64,000 bases of DNA, from NCBI GenBank assembly GCA_051251855.1, contig JBPOGI010000001.1, positions 1,280,001 to 1,344,000 on the forward strand, in the 5' to 3' direction. The translations under genes were made by a program, and so were the position numbers. Below the pieces are notes generated by a model. It worked only from the letters and a program-made list of their open reading frames with translations, did no database searches and was not told where the DNA came from. The stretch's first letter is position 1. Each line of letters starts with the position of its first letter. This document shows positions 9,620 to 19,154 of the stretch, piece by piece. This DNA is from Roseibacillus sp. (GTDB lineage: Bacteria; Verrucomicrobiota; Verrucomicrobiia; Verrucomicrobiales; Akkermansiaceae).

Positions 9620-11476
9620 ATGAAAATCCTCTTCAACCGAAAGAACCTTCTTTCCTCTTTCGCTCTCGCCCTCTTTGCCAGCCAGGCCCAATCCGCCTCC
9701 CAAGTCACCTCCCCCGACGGCAACCTCACCGCCACCATCTCCCTCAACGAAAAAGGCGCCCCTCACTATTCCGTCAGCTACAAAGGCCAACCACTTCTCA
9801 CTGAGTCCCCCCTCGGCCTCTCGTTGAAAGACGCCCCCGCCCTCGACCAAGGATTCGCCCTCACCAGCGCCAAGACCTCTACTAACGACACCACTTGGAC
9901 TCCCTTCGCCGGCGAGAACAATACCGTACGCGACCACTACAACCAACTCTCCATCGGGCTCTCACAAAGGGAGACTGCCCAAAAACTCAACCTCACCTTC
10001 CGCGCTTTCGACGAGGGCCTCGCCTTTGCCTACGAGATCCCCAAACAAGACCAGTTCACCGACTTCACCATCACCAAGGAACTCACCGAATTCCACTTTC
10101 TCACCGACCATTTCTGCTGGGACACCAAAGACCCCCAAGAACACTACCAGCGCATCCCTCTCTCCAAAATTGACAAAGGCTGCAAACGACCCCTCGTCGT
10201 CGAAGTCTCCGGCGGCCCCTACCTCGCCATCGGCGAAGCACGCATGGTCGACTACTCCCGCTTCAGCTTCCAAAACGCCTCCGCCCCCCACAGCCTTGCA
10301 CTCAAGCTCGATAGCGTCGTCACCGCCACCGCTCCTTACTCCACCCCTTGGCGCTACCTCATGATTGGCGACACCCCCGGCCAGCTCATCGAGAATAACC
10401 ACCTCGTCCCCAACCTCAACGACCCCTGCGCCATTGCCGACCCCTCGTGGATTCGTCCCGGCAAAGCGATTCGCTCTGAGCTCAGCACCAAAGACTGCCT
10501 CGCCACCATCGACTGGATCAAAAAGATGAACGCCACCTACCTGCTGATCGATGCCGGTTGGTATGGAAACGAAATGAAGAACGAATCCGACGCCACCACC
10601 GTCACCGTCGATCCCAATCGCGAGTGCGGTCCCTTCGACCTTCAAAAAATCATCGATTACGGCAAAAAGCACGACGTCGGAGTCATCCTCTACGTCAACC
10701 GCCGGGCCCTCGAAAAACAACTCGATGACCTTCTCCCTCTTTTCCAAGAATGGGGTGTCGCAGGCATCAAGTTTGGCTTCGTTAATACCGGCCCCCAAGA
10801 GTGGACCAAATGGCTTCACGAATCGGTCCAGAAGTGCGCCGAATACGAAATCGTCGTTGATATTCATGACGACTATCGCCCCACCGGATGGAGTCGCACC
10901 TACCCCAACCTCCTCACCCAAGAAGGCGTGCGCGGAAATGAAGAAATGCCTGATGCGGAAAACAACCTCATCCTCCCCTTCACCCGCTATCTCTGCGGCC
11001 CAGCTGACTACACTGTTTGCTACTACTCCGGTCGTTTGCAAACAACTCGCGCACACCAACTCGCCGCCTCCATTGTCTACTTCAGCCCCCTTCAACTCCT
11101 CTTTTGGTATGACGGACCGGACAAATACAAAGGAGAACCCGAGCTCGATATTTTTAAACACGTCCACACTACTTGGGATGAAACCAAAATCGTCCAGGGC
11201 CAGATCGGCCAATACATCACCGCCGCCCGCCGCAAAGACGAGCAATGGTTCATCGGCAGCATGAACGCCGGCGAGCGCCGCCAACTCGAAATCCCCCTCA
11301 CCTTCCTCAAGCCCGGCGTCACCTACACAGCTAGCATCAACTCTGATTCCAGCCCCGAAGGAGAAGTCCGCACCAAGGTCAAACACGAAACCCAAACTGT
11401 AACCTCCCAAACCGTCCTTAGCGCCGACATGGCTGACAATGGCGGACAAGCAATCTTACTCACCCCCCTTCATTAA
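9620..11476 (+). CDS. Glycoside hydrolase family 97 (alpha-glucosidase/galactosidase-like)
   Basis: Signal peptide; VTSPDG N-terminus, FRAFDEGLAFAY, SWIRPGK, IDAGWY, PTGWSRTYPNLLTQEGVRGNE, TTRAHQLA, TTWDETK. Confidence 0.92.
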   Translation: MKILFNRKNLLSSFALALFASQAQSASQVTSPDGNLTATISLNEKGAPHYSVSYKGQPLLTESPLGLSLKDAPALDQGFALTSAKTSTNDTTWTPFAGENNTVRDHYNQLSIGLSQRETAQKLNLTFRAFDEGLAFAYEIPKQDQFTDFTITKELTEFHFLTDHFCWDTKDPQEHYQRIPLSKIDKGCKRPLVVEVSGGPYLAIGEARMVDYSRFSFQNASAPHSLALKLDSVVTATAPYSTPWRYLMIGDTPGQLIENNHLVPNLNDPCAIADPSWIRPGKAIRSELSTKDCLATIDWIKKMNATYLLIDAGWYGNEMKNESDATTVTVDPNRECGPFDLQKIIDYGKKHDVGVILYVNRRALEKQLDDLLPLFQEWGVAGIKFGFVNTGPQEWTKWLHESVQKCAEYEIVVDIHDDYRPTGWSRTYPNLLTQEGVRGNEEMPDAENNLILPFTRYLCGPADYTVCYYSGRLQTTRAHQLAASIVYFSPLQLLFWYDGPDKYKGEPELDIFKHVHTTWDETKIVQGQIGQYITAARRKDEQWFIGSMNAGERRQLEIPLTFLKPGVTYTASINSDSSPEGEVRTKVKHETQTVTSQTVLSADMADNGGQAILLTPLH

Positions 11477-11565
11477 CCCTTCTCTCCCAGCATGTTCAGC
11501 CGAAAACGAAGCCGAAAACCCTCCCCCTGTCAGAATCCTCTCCAGCCGCTGGGAGCGGCCGCTTA

Positions 11566-11609
11566 TAGGACAAAAGACCCATTGACGAGTTTTGGGCCTC
11601 CTATACGGT
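11566..11609 (+). promoter_or_regulatory. Third copy of the 22-bp motif plus -10-like box
   Basis: TAGGACAAAAGACCCATTGACG (11566-11587), 21/22 identical to the 1151 copy; 16-bp spacer; TACGGT. Confidence 0.65.
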
Positions 11610-11747
11610 TCATCTTCTTAGTGGATATCGTTGGATCTTTTTTGACGATTTTCTTCAAATTTTTATAAATTGGCATCAAAACGAAAGCCCTTTAAAAGTC
11701 TCTCTTCAACAAACAACGCTCGCATCTCAAAAAATTAGAATAAAACC

Positions 11748-14711
11748 ATGAAATTCAAAAGACTCTTCAGTCCATATTCAGCATTCGCGCTCTGTTTCGC
11801 CGCCAATCTGCCCCTCAGTGCTCAGATATCCACCTGGAACGGAGGAGGAGCGGACACCAATTGGTCCACTGCCGCCAACTGGGACTTTATTCCGATCGAT
11901 GGAGATAACTTGGTCTTCGACGGCACGACCGCTCTCACCAATACCAACGATTTCATCACCTCGCTCGGCAGCGCTGGCGCAGCCTTCACCTTCCCGGTAA
12001 CTGCGGACTCCTTTGTGATTAACGACGGCGGAGCAGGGACCGTCACTATCGGCACCGCTGGTGCCAATGGTGACCTCGCGAATGTGGATAGCATTGCGCC
12101 CCAGGAAATTGCACTCGACCTCCAGCTTGCGGGCGGCAACAAGGCCAACATTATCAACCTCGCGGCCGGGAGTAAGCTCACGCTCAGCGGAAACATCGAC
12201 TCCTCCAACAACTGGCTCTTCCCGAACGGCGGAGCAGGCACTGTTGAACTCACCGGCAACAACACGGGGCCGGGCAATGGAATGCACACAGGAGGCACCA
12301 ACAACATCCGTGGCTTCATGCGACTCAACTCCAGCGGCCAAACCATCGCCCTCGGCAGCCCGACTGCCTTGGGAGATCCCAATGTAGACTTCGCAAATCA
12401 ACGTGGACTCCGGATGAATACCGGCAGCCAGACCCTCACCACCGTGGGCGGCATGGATCTCGTCGGTCCGAACATGGTCAACAACACCATCAGCTTCAAC
12501 GAAAGCACCAGCTACATCGGTGCCGGCGACCTTGAAGTAGGTGGCCTCGTCTACACCAAGACCAACGGTCGGGCTTGGAGTGTCGATGGCGGCGGTGAAT
12601 TCATTATTTCAGGACAAGGAGTGATGATGACCACTCGGACCGCAGCACAAGTGATGATCCTACAGCCTCTCAACGGCAACGTTATCACCGTCAACGGTCA
12701 GGTTCACGACACCTTCCAAAGTGGCGGGATCGAGACTAAGCTGAATGGTAACGGTACGGTGCCAGCCGATGGCATACTACGCCTCCAGGGTAGCGGCACC
12801 ATCAACCTCAATGCCAATAGCAGCACAACGATGAATGCCGAGGTCCTCCTCAACAGCGCCAACATCACCGTCAAACTTGGCGACGCCAACGCACTCGGAT
12901 CCTCTGGAGACCCCTTCGAACAGGAGGTATCCGTGGACAAGCTGTCCAACACCTACACGACCGCCCCTACCAACGAAATTGACGTCGCAGACACGGTTGG
13001 CATTGAAGTAGGTTACCTCATTAGCGGCCCCGGAATCCCAATTGGAACCTTAGTCACCGGAGTGGATGCGGGTGCCAACACTGTCACCATGGATATGGAC
13101 GCAACCGCGGATGCCGTCGGTGTCACCTTGAACTTTGCGCAGCTAGCTTCTGTGGACAAGGTGTCTAGCACCTTCATTGATGCCCCTGCTAACGAAATTA
13201 ACGTCGCAGATACTGACGGTATTGAAGTGGGTGCCGAGATTAGCGGCCCCGGAATCCCAATTGGAACCGTAGTCACCGGATTCGATGCGGTTGCCAACAC
13301 TGTCACCATGGATATGGACGCGACTGCGGCTGCCTTTGATGTCATTTTGACCTTCGCTAGCTCCTCAACCCCAGCCACCGAGACCATCACCCCCGGACGG
13401 ACCGACATGAACGCCGGAGTCCTCGACCTGAATGGTTTCGCCGTCAACGAGACTTTTGTGAGGCTCGGCAGCGGTCACCGGTTCTTCAACAGCAACACGG
13501 GCACTCCAGCTGAAGTTCTCACCGAAATCGTCGGCCAGGGATTCTTGCGCGTCGATGGCCCAGGAGATTTGGTCTTCAATAACGTCCGTCACCCAGGAGG
13601 CGTCGGCCGCGGAACCATTAAAGATGGAGCAGGCACCCTCACTCTTGGAGGTGACGTCAGCAACAACCGTTATGGTCTGACCGTTAACGAAGGAAACGTC
13701 ATTCTCGCGAAAACCGCTGGCGAAGCCGTCTCCCGCTTTGCTCTCATCCTGAACAATGCAGCCAGCACGGTGACGCTCACCAACGTCGGCGAGCAAATCG
13801 GAAACCAAACCGACGTCAACGGATTGCACCAGATCAACGAGGGCACCCTCGACCTGAATGGATTCGATGAAAGCCTAGGTGCGCTGAGCACAACCAACGG
13901 AACGGAGCACGGCGGCATCGTTACCAATGGCAACACTGGCACGACCTCCACCCTCACCCTTCTTGGTGCGGGCACTGACGCCACCTTCCCTGGCACCATC
14001 TCCGGCGACCTCAACCTCGTCAAAGGAGGCGCACCCACCCAAACCCTGACCGGAACCCTCGCCTACACCGGCGACACTACCATCAACGACGGTATTTTGG
14101 CCTTGGGAGCAACCTCTGACCTCGACGACAACTCTGCCGTGTTCATTAACGGCCTAGGTGGCATAGATATCGCCGCAGGTGTCACCGATGTGGTGGACCA
14201 ACTCTGGATTGATGGCGCGCAGCAAGCTGCCGGAACTTATGGTTCTGTCGGTTCAGGTGCCACCAACGAAGACAACTTCCTCTACCCGGGAGATGGAATT
14301 CTCTCTGTCACCAGCGACCCAGTTACCGGATCGGCAGACTACGACACTTGGGCGGCATCATTCAGCCTCACCGGCGGTCCTACCGACGATGACGACAACG
14401 ATGGTGTGAGCAACAACGACGAGTATGCCTTTGGCTTGGACCCTACCAGCGGAAGCTCGGTATGCCCGTTCACCGGCCTTCTTGAGATGAGCGCTGGCAC
14501 CTTCAGCTACACTCGCCGTGACCCAGTCGACAGCAACTTGACCTACACCGTCTACACTTCCACCACTTTGGAAGCCGCTGACTGGACCCTCGATGCCACT
14601 GCTACTCAAATCGCAGGAGCGACCGATGGCGCCGGCAACCAAACTGTTGACGTCACTCTCTCAACCGTGCCCACCGCGACGAAATTATTCGTCCGCGTAG
14701 AGGCCAACTAA
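11748..14711 (+). CDS. Secreted protein with autotransporter-associated beta-strand repeats and a C-terminal Verrucomicrobia-type domain
   Basis: Signal peptide; KDGAGTLTLG and LVKGGAPTQTLTGTLAYTGDTTINDG repeats; DDDDNDGVSNNDEYAFGLDP; ends KLFVRVEAN. Confidence 0.85.
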   Translation: MKFKRLFSPYSAFALCFAANLPLSAQISTWNGGGADTNWSTAANWDFIPIDGDNLVFDGTTALTNTNDFITSLGSAGAAFTFPVTADSFVINDGGAGTVTIGTAGANGDLANVDSIAPQEIALDLQLAGGNKANIINLAAGSKLTLSGNIDSSNNWLFPNGGAGTVELTGNNTGPGNGMHTGGTNNIRGFMRLNSSGQTIALGSPTALGDPNVDFANQRGLRMNTGSQTLTTVGGMDLVGPNMVNNTISFNESTSYIGAGDLEVGGLVYTKTNGRAWSVDGGGEFIISGQGVMMTTRTAAQVMILQPLNGNVITVNGQVHDTFQSGGIETKLNGNGTVPADGILRLQGSGTINLNANSSTTMNAEVLLNSANITVKLGDANALGSSGDPFEQEVSVDKLSNTYTTAPTNEIDVADTVGIEVGYLISGPGIPIGTLVTGVDAGANTVTMDMDATADAVGVTLNFAQLASVDKVSSTFIDAPANEINVADTDGIEVGAEISGPGIPIGTVVTGFDAVANTVTMDMDATAAAFDVILTFASSSTPATETITPGRTDMNAGVLDLNGFAVNETFVRLGSGHRFFNSNTGTPAEVLTEIVGQGFLRVDGPGDLVFNNVRHPGGVGRGTIKDGAGTLTLGGDVSNNRYGLTVNEGNVILAKTAGEAVSRFALILNNAASTVTLTNVGEQIGNQTDVNGLHQINEGTLDLNGFDESLGALSTTNGTEHGGIVTNGNTGTTSTLTLLGAGTDATFPGTISGDLNLVKGGAPTQTLTGTLAYTGDTTINDGILALGATSDLDDNSAVFINGLGGIDIAAGVTDVVDQLWIDGAQQAAGTYGSVGSGATNEDNFLYPGDGILSVTSDPVTGSADYDTWAASFSLTGGPTDDDDNDGVSNNDEYAFGLDPTSGSSVCPFTGLLEMSAGTFSYTRRDPVDSNLTYTVYTSTTLEAADWTLDATATQIAGATDGAGNQTVDVTLSTVPTATKLFVRVEAN
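12930..13358 (+). repeat. Intragenic tandem duplication, 219-bp (73-aa) period
   Basis: Units start at 12930 and 13149; both contain ATTAGCGGCCCCGGAATCCCAATTGGAACC and GCCAACACTGTCACCATGGATATGGACGC. Confidence 0.9.
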
Positions 14712-14780
14712 ACAATCAACCTAATAACCTAGAATATAATGAAACTAAAACGCCGAATAGGCACCCTACTGTCCCCCAGT

Positions 14781-15845
14781 ATGAAAAATAAAAAGAAAAC
14801 TAGTGAATTGACCAAATGGTGCGGACTTTGTGCCGCCATGGTCGTGATGACTCCTACGGCTTCGAACGCCGCCGCCTGGGTCGGTGGAACTGGCGTTTGG
14901 CATGACCCTACAGGTTGGAGCACTGGCGACGTGCCCGATTCTGCTGCTCCAGAGAACTTTCAACTGAATGCTGACGGAGGCCATTTAACTGCCAACGCAG
15001 CTACTTGGACTTACTTGGCCGCTAACAATCTGCTCGCTACCTCAACCAGCTATACTGGGGTGCAGCGGGCGCTTTTTGGTCAGACTGCATCCGGCACCCA
15101 AACGGTGAGTTTCACTCTGGATATTGGCGATGCCAACGCGTTCCTGCTGGGTGCAGATTCCAATAACAACTTTGGGGAGAGACAGAACACCACCACCACG
15201 GTCAATATTGTCAGTGGCACAATGCAAACAGGGAGGATTACGACCATTGCGAATAATGCTGCTGGAACCGCAACTCTGAATATCTCCGGCGGAAAATTTA
15301 CGGTGGGACGCCGCCAGCTCATAGTAGGCCAAAACGGAAGTGATGCGCTTGTCAGCATCTCTGGCGGCATTTTGACAACACGCTCTGGCATGGAGGTTGA
15401 TGTCAACAGCACATTTGAGGTGCTCGGCAGTGGTGCCACTCAAATCGGCATTGGCTCCCATTTGGGCGGCGATGGCTTTGCCACCATCAATGGCTCGTTG
15501 AGTGCCATGATCGACGCTGGTGGAGTGACGCCTATTTTCGTTGATGACCTAGGTGGTGGCGCTGCCGCGACATTCAACGCAGGTTCTGAATTGGACCTTG
15601 GTTTCCTCGGCACCCCAGCGGCCCCTGGCTCATGGACCGTGCTTGAACTCGAAGGCGCTGACATTATTGACAATGGTCTCGCCCTTTCAGCCGCTACCTT
15701 GGCTGATCCGAACTGGGAATTCTCCATCGACAACGATGGAACTAATGGCCTGCTAGTTGCGACTTACATCCCTGAGCCAAGCACTTCATTGCTTGCTGGT
15801 TCGGCTCTTCTCCTTGGACTCGGCTTCCGCCGTCGCAAGGCCTAA
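14781..15845 (+). CDS. PEP-CTERM sorting-domain surface protein
   Basis: Ends IPEPSTSLLAGSALLLGLGFRRRKA; signal peptide after M at 14781 (alternative start 14739). Confidence 0.92.
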   Translation: MKNKKKTSELTKWCGLCAAMVVMTPTASNAAAWVGGTGVWHDPTGWSTGDVPDSAAPENFQLNADGGHLTANAATWTYLAANNLLATSTSYTGVQRALFGQTASGTQTVSFTLDIGDANAFLLGADSNNNFGERQNTTTTVNIVSGTMQTGRITTIANNAAGTATLNISGGKFTVGRRQLIVGQNGSDALVSISGGILTTRSGMEVDVNSTFEVLGSGATQIGIGSHLGGDGFATINGSLSAMIDAGGVTPIFVDDLGGGAAATFNAGSELDLGFLGTPAAPGSWTVLELEGADIIDNGLALSAATLADPNWEFSIDNDGTNGLLVATYIPEPSTSLLAGSALLLGLGFRRRKA

Positions 15846-15869
15846 GAGCTAATCGAATTCTTCTCTTTC

Positions 15870-15902
15870 AAGCCGCAGCCTCTCATCGGGCTGCGGCTTT
15901 TT
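15870..15902 (+). terminator. Rho-independent terminator
   Basis: AAGCCGCAGCC / GGCTGCGGCTT 11-bp stem running into a T tract, right after the PEP-CTERM gene. Confidence 0.85.
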
Positions 15903-15930
15903 CAAGTCCCCCACTCTCTCAATCTACCTT

Positions 15931-18900
15931 ATGAAAACGTCCTCTCTCGCTCTCGCGTCTTTTTTGAGCCTTGGCCTTCCATCCCTCGCCGCCGACGGCA
16001 TCTGGTCCGAACAAACCGGTGGCAGCTGGTCAGATTCTACCAATTGGTCAGGCAACACCATCGCCAGTGGCCCGGGAGCCTACGCCAACTTCCGATCCCA
16101 AAATTGGGCCAATGCTCTCGCGGTGGACTTGGACATCGATATCACAGTGGGACAGCTCCTTTACCGCGACAACGGGGGAGTCAACCGTGACATGACCCTC
16201 AATTCTTCCTCAGGAAAAATTCTTACTCTCGCAGGAGGTGGTATCCAAAGCCCGCCCGAGATATCAGCGCTCAACCGCAGCCTCACTATCAATGCCTCCA
16301 TCGCCGGAACAGAAGGCGCCTCTCTCTCCAGCCTACAAGGCGGCCGATTCCTCAATCTCCAAGCACCCTCCCTCTACACCGGCAACACCTTGATTACTCC
16401 AGGAGGCGGAACTGTTCTCGTTGGAAGCGCAGCAAGCCTAGGCACCGGCACCGTGACCGTTCAAGACGATGCTGACGCCGCCGACATCGACCTCCGACTA
16501 GAGAGCTCTCAGGCGCTCTCCGCACAGAGCTCACTCACCATTGAGAACAATGCAAAGGTCTTCCTGAACTTCACAGGCAACACCCTTCTCGTCGACAGCC
16601 TCACCATCAATGGCAGCTCGCTTGCCGGTGGAACCTACGACGCCACTACCCACCCCAACTCCTTTTCCGGCACCGGCAGCATCACGACCCCATTTTCCAC
16701 CAACGGCGACGGCAATTGGATCAACCTCACCGAGAGCGATGTGAGCTGGACCGACCCCACGATGTGGGAAAATGGCGTTATCGCCTTCGGGGTCGATCGC
16801 ATTGCCGACTTCCACAATGGCGGCCAAGACCACCTCTCAGGAAAAACCGTCGACCTCTCCACCGACATCACCATTGCCCAAATCATTTATCGCGACAGCG
16901 GCAGCCCCAACCGCGACCTCGTCTTCGCCAGCGAAAACGGTAGCGAACTCATCATGGCGACCACCACAGGCAGCCCTCTCATCTGGGCACTCAATCGGAG
17001 CATCTATCTCGACGTCCCGATTTCCGGAAACAGCGGACTCAGTCTTCGAAGCGATAACGCCTCCAGCCCAGGAGTCACTTTGCGCCAACGCAACAGCTAC
17101 ACGGGACTCACCACAATTATAGACAGTGGAGGCTCCCCCACTATCACCTATCCAGGAGACTTGGGAGACAGCGATGTCCTCGTCGAAAATGATACCTCGG
17201 ACTCTGGAGTCGAATTGGAGCTCCAACACAGCCTCGCCATTCGCCCTGCTGCCTCCTTAGAGATCGAAAGCGGCGCTACCATTCTCCTCGATTTCGGAAC
17301 CGCCAAACCAAACGAAGCCGACCCATCAGACATGTATCTTACCTCCCTTGTTTTGGGAGCAGACACTCTTCCGCCCGGCATCTACAATGCCTCCACCCAT
17401 CCCAGCTACCTTCAAGGCGAGGGAGAAATCGTAGTGCAAATTTCACGCTCCGACTACACACTCGAACTCACTCCCGCAGCCCTCGACGAACTCAATCTCT
17501 CTTGGAAAAGCATCTACGGAAAAGTCTACGATATTGAGGAATCGACTACCCTGCTCCCCGATAGCTGGAGCACAATCGGAACCGTCAACGCGACTCCTCC
17601 CGACAACGCCTCTCTCGTCACCTCCTCAAGCGACCCCGCTGCCTTTTATCGTATCGGCGAACGCGCCGACCTTCTCCCAGCCGTTCGCGCGGGTGTCATT
17701 GCCAAGCTCGATTTCTACATCACGAATAACTATCTAGTGGACCAAAACACCACTCCGGGTGACATCCGCAACGGACAGTTCCACAACTCCGACAACATGC
17801 GCCAATCGGAGTGCACCCCCGTCCTCGTCTACGCCTACCTGCAACCCGACAGCCAGTATTACCAAGACCCCGCCGTGCTCGAGGCCGCCATCCGGTCCGT
17901 GGACTACATGGTGCGTGGTCAGGGAATCAATGGCGGCTTCAACGAGAACCACGGCTGGTGCGGAGTCCCCAATCGCACCAACGGAAAAAGCTCCGTCACC
18001 GGCTTCACCTTCCACGCCCTTGGCTCTGCCATTGAATTAATGGCCGGGCTCCCCGAGATGCAACCACGCCTGCTAGAACTCATGGACCAGAATGGCACCG
18101 GCACCAACACCACCGTTCGCCGCACCGCTTGGCAAAGCATGCTCAGTCAGGCCATGCCCTTTCAATTTTCAGGAAATGGTCGCGGCCACGCCCCCAACCA
18201 AGACCTCTGTGCACTGATGGGAGTCTACAAAATCAACGACGCCTACGCCGCCCTCACCAACGGCACCCTCCTCAAGACTCCTGCCGAAATCGCGGTCCTC
18301 TCCAACGAAATCTTCTACGGCCAACCATCCGCTGCCTCCAGCCGACCCGACGGCAAATGGTTCACCAGCACCGGAATGCTGGGCGAGCACGGACATGACT
18401 TCTACGGCTACGACGGAAACTATGGCGTCATCGTCACCCTGAACTATCTGGGCGTTCTCGCTCCCCACGACGCCATTGCCGCCAATTTCCTCGCCACCCT
18501 CTACGCCGAGTCGATCCAATACTTCCTCGTTCCCGATTCCGCGGCCAAGATTGGCGTCTTTGCGGAAAACGCGATCTCCCGACGTTCCACGGGCGACCCT
18601 CTCAACCAAGGCATCCTCCCCTTGGGTCTCACCCACACTCATCATCCCGCCATGCAGCGCCTCTACGGGATTGCGATGCCCTACTTTGCTGCGGCCGCCG
18701 AGGCAAACATCTCCTTCAGCTCACCCAATATGTTCCAAGTCGGGGTCTGGATGTATTGCGAATGGCTGGAACAGCTCTCTGAGCCCGTAGAAACCGACTA
18801 TCGCGTCCCCGCCGAGCGCAACGAAGCGTGGACCTTCACCGACACCACCTTCAAAACCCAAGTCTCCAAGACAGCCAACGGCCCCATCACCTTCTACGTC

Positions 18901-18987
18901 GAGCATTGGGACGACGCTGCTACCGCCCGCCGCCACATCTGGAACCTCCCCCCTGAAACAATTCCCAGCCTCGGAGTTTTCCCTTAA
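15931..18987 (+). CDS. Secreted protein: two tandem passenger-like repeats, an internal Verrucomicrobia CTD-like module, and a ~430-aa C-terminal domain of unknown function
   Basis: Signal peptide; repeated DGxW, YRDxGxxNRD, ALNRS, GxYxAxTHP units; LSWKSIYGKVYDIEESTTLLPDSW..AFYRIG; C-terminal GRGHAPNQD and GYDGNYG. Confidence 0.8.
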   Translation: MKTSSLALASFLSLGLPSLAADGIWSEQTGGSWSDSTNWSGNTIASGPGAYANFRSQNWANALAVDLDIDITVGQLLYRDNGGVNRDMTLNSSSGKILTLAGGGIQSPPEISALNRSLTINASIAGTEGASLSSLQGGRFLNLQAPSLYTGNTLITPGGGTVLVGSAASLGTGTVTVQDDADAADIDLRLESSQALSAQSSLTIENNAKVFLNFTGNTLLVDSLTINGSSLAGGTYDATTHPNSFSGTGSITTPFSTNGDGNWINLTESDVSWTDPTMWENGVIAFGVDRIADFHNGGQDHLSGKTVDLSTDITIAQIIYRDSGSPNRDLVFASENGSELIMATTTGSPLIWALNRSIYLDVPISGNSGLSLRSDNASSPGVTLRQRNSYTGLTTIIDSGGSPTITYPGDLGDSDVLVENDTSDSGVELELQHSLAIRPAASLEIESGATILLDFGTAKPNEADPSDMYLTSLVLGADTLPPGIYNASTHPSYLQGEGEIVVQISRSDYTLELTPAALDELNLSWKSIYGKVYDIEESTTLLPDSWSTIGTVNATPPDNASLVTSSSDPAAFYRIGERADLLPAVRAGVIAKLDFYITNNYLVDQNTTPGDIRNGQFHNSDNMRQSECTPVLVYAYLQPDSQYYQDPAVLEAAIRSVDYMVRGQGINGGFNENHGWCGVPNRTNGKSSVTGFTFHALGSAIELMAGLPEMQPRLLELMDQNGTGTNTTVRRTAWQSMLSQAMPFQFSGNGRGHAPNQDLCALMGVYKINDAYAALTNGTLLKTPAEIAVLSNEIFYGQPSAASSRPDGKWFTSTGMLGEHGHDFYGYDGNYGVIVTLNYLGVLAPHDAIAANFLATLYAESIQYFLVPDSAAKIGVFAENAISRRSTGDPLNQGILPLGLTHTHHPAMQRLYGIAMPYFAAAAEANISFSSPNMFQVGVWMYCEWLEQLSEPVETDYRVPAERNEAWTFTDTTFKTQVSKTANGPITFYVEHWDDAATARRHIWNLPPETIPSLGVFP

Positions 18988-19154
18988 TCTACCAGAGATG
19001 ACGTGCAATGGAGTCCACTTCACACTGCTCCATTGGTTGACCTACTAGTCTTAAAGCTCAAAAAAAACCAATGTCACAAAATTAATATCGTGAGACACTA
19101 GCTCCATTACTTCTCTAGGAAAGCTTTCAACGGCCCCAACGATCTGTATATCGT

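Noticed and set aside
9962..11449. 495-aa minus-strand ORF
   Set aside because: Antisense shadow of GH97; the same applies to most short overlapping track ORFs
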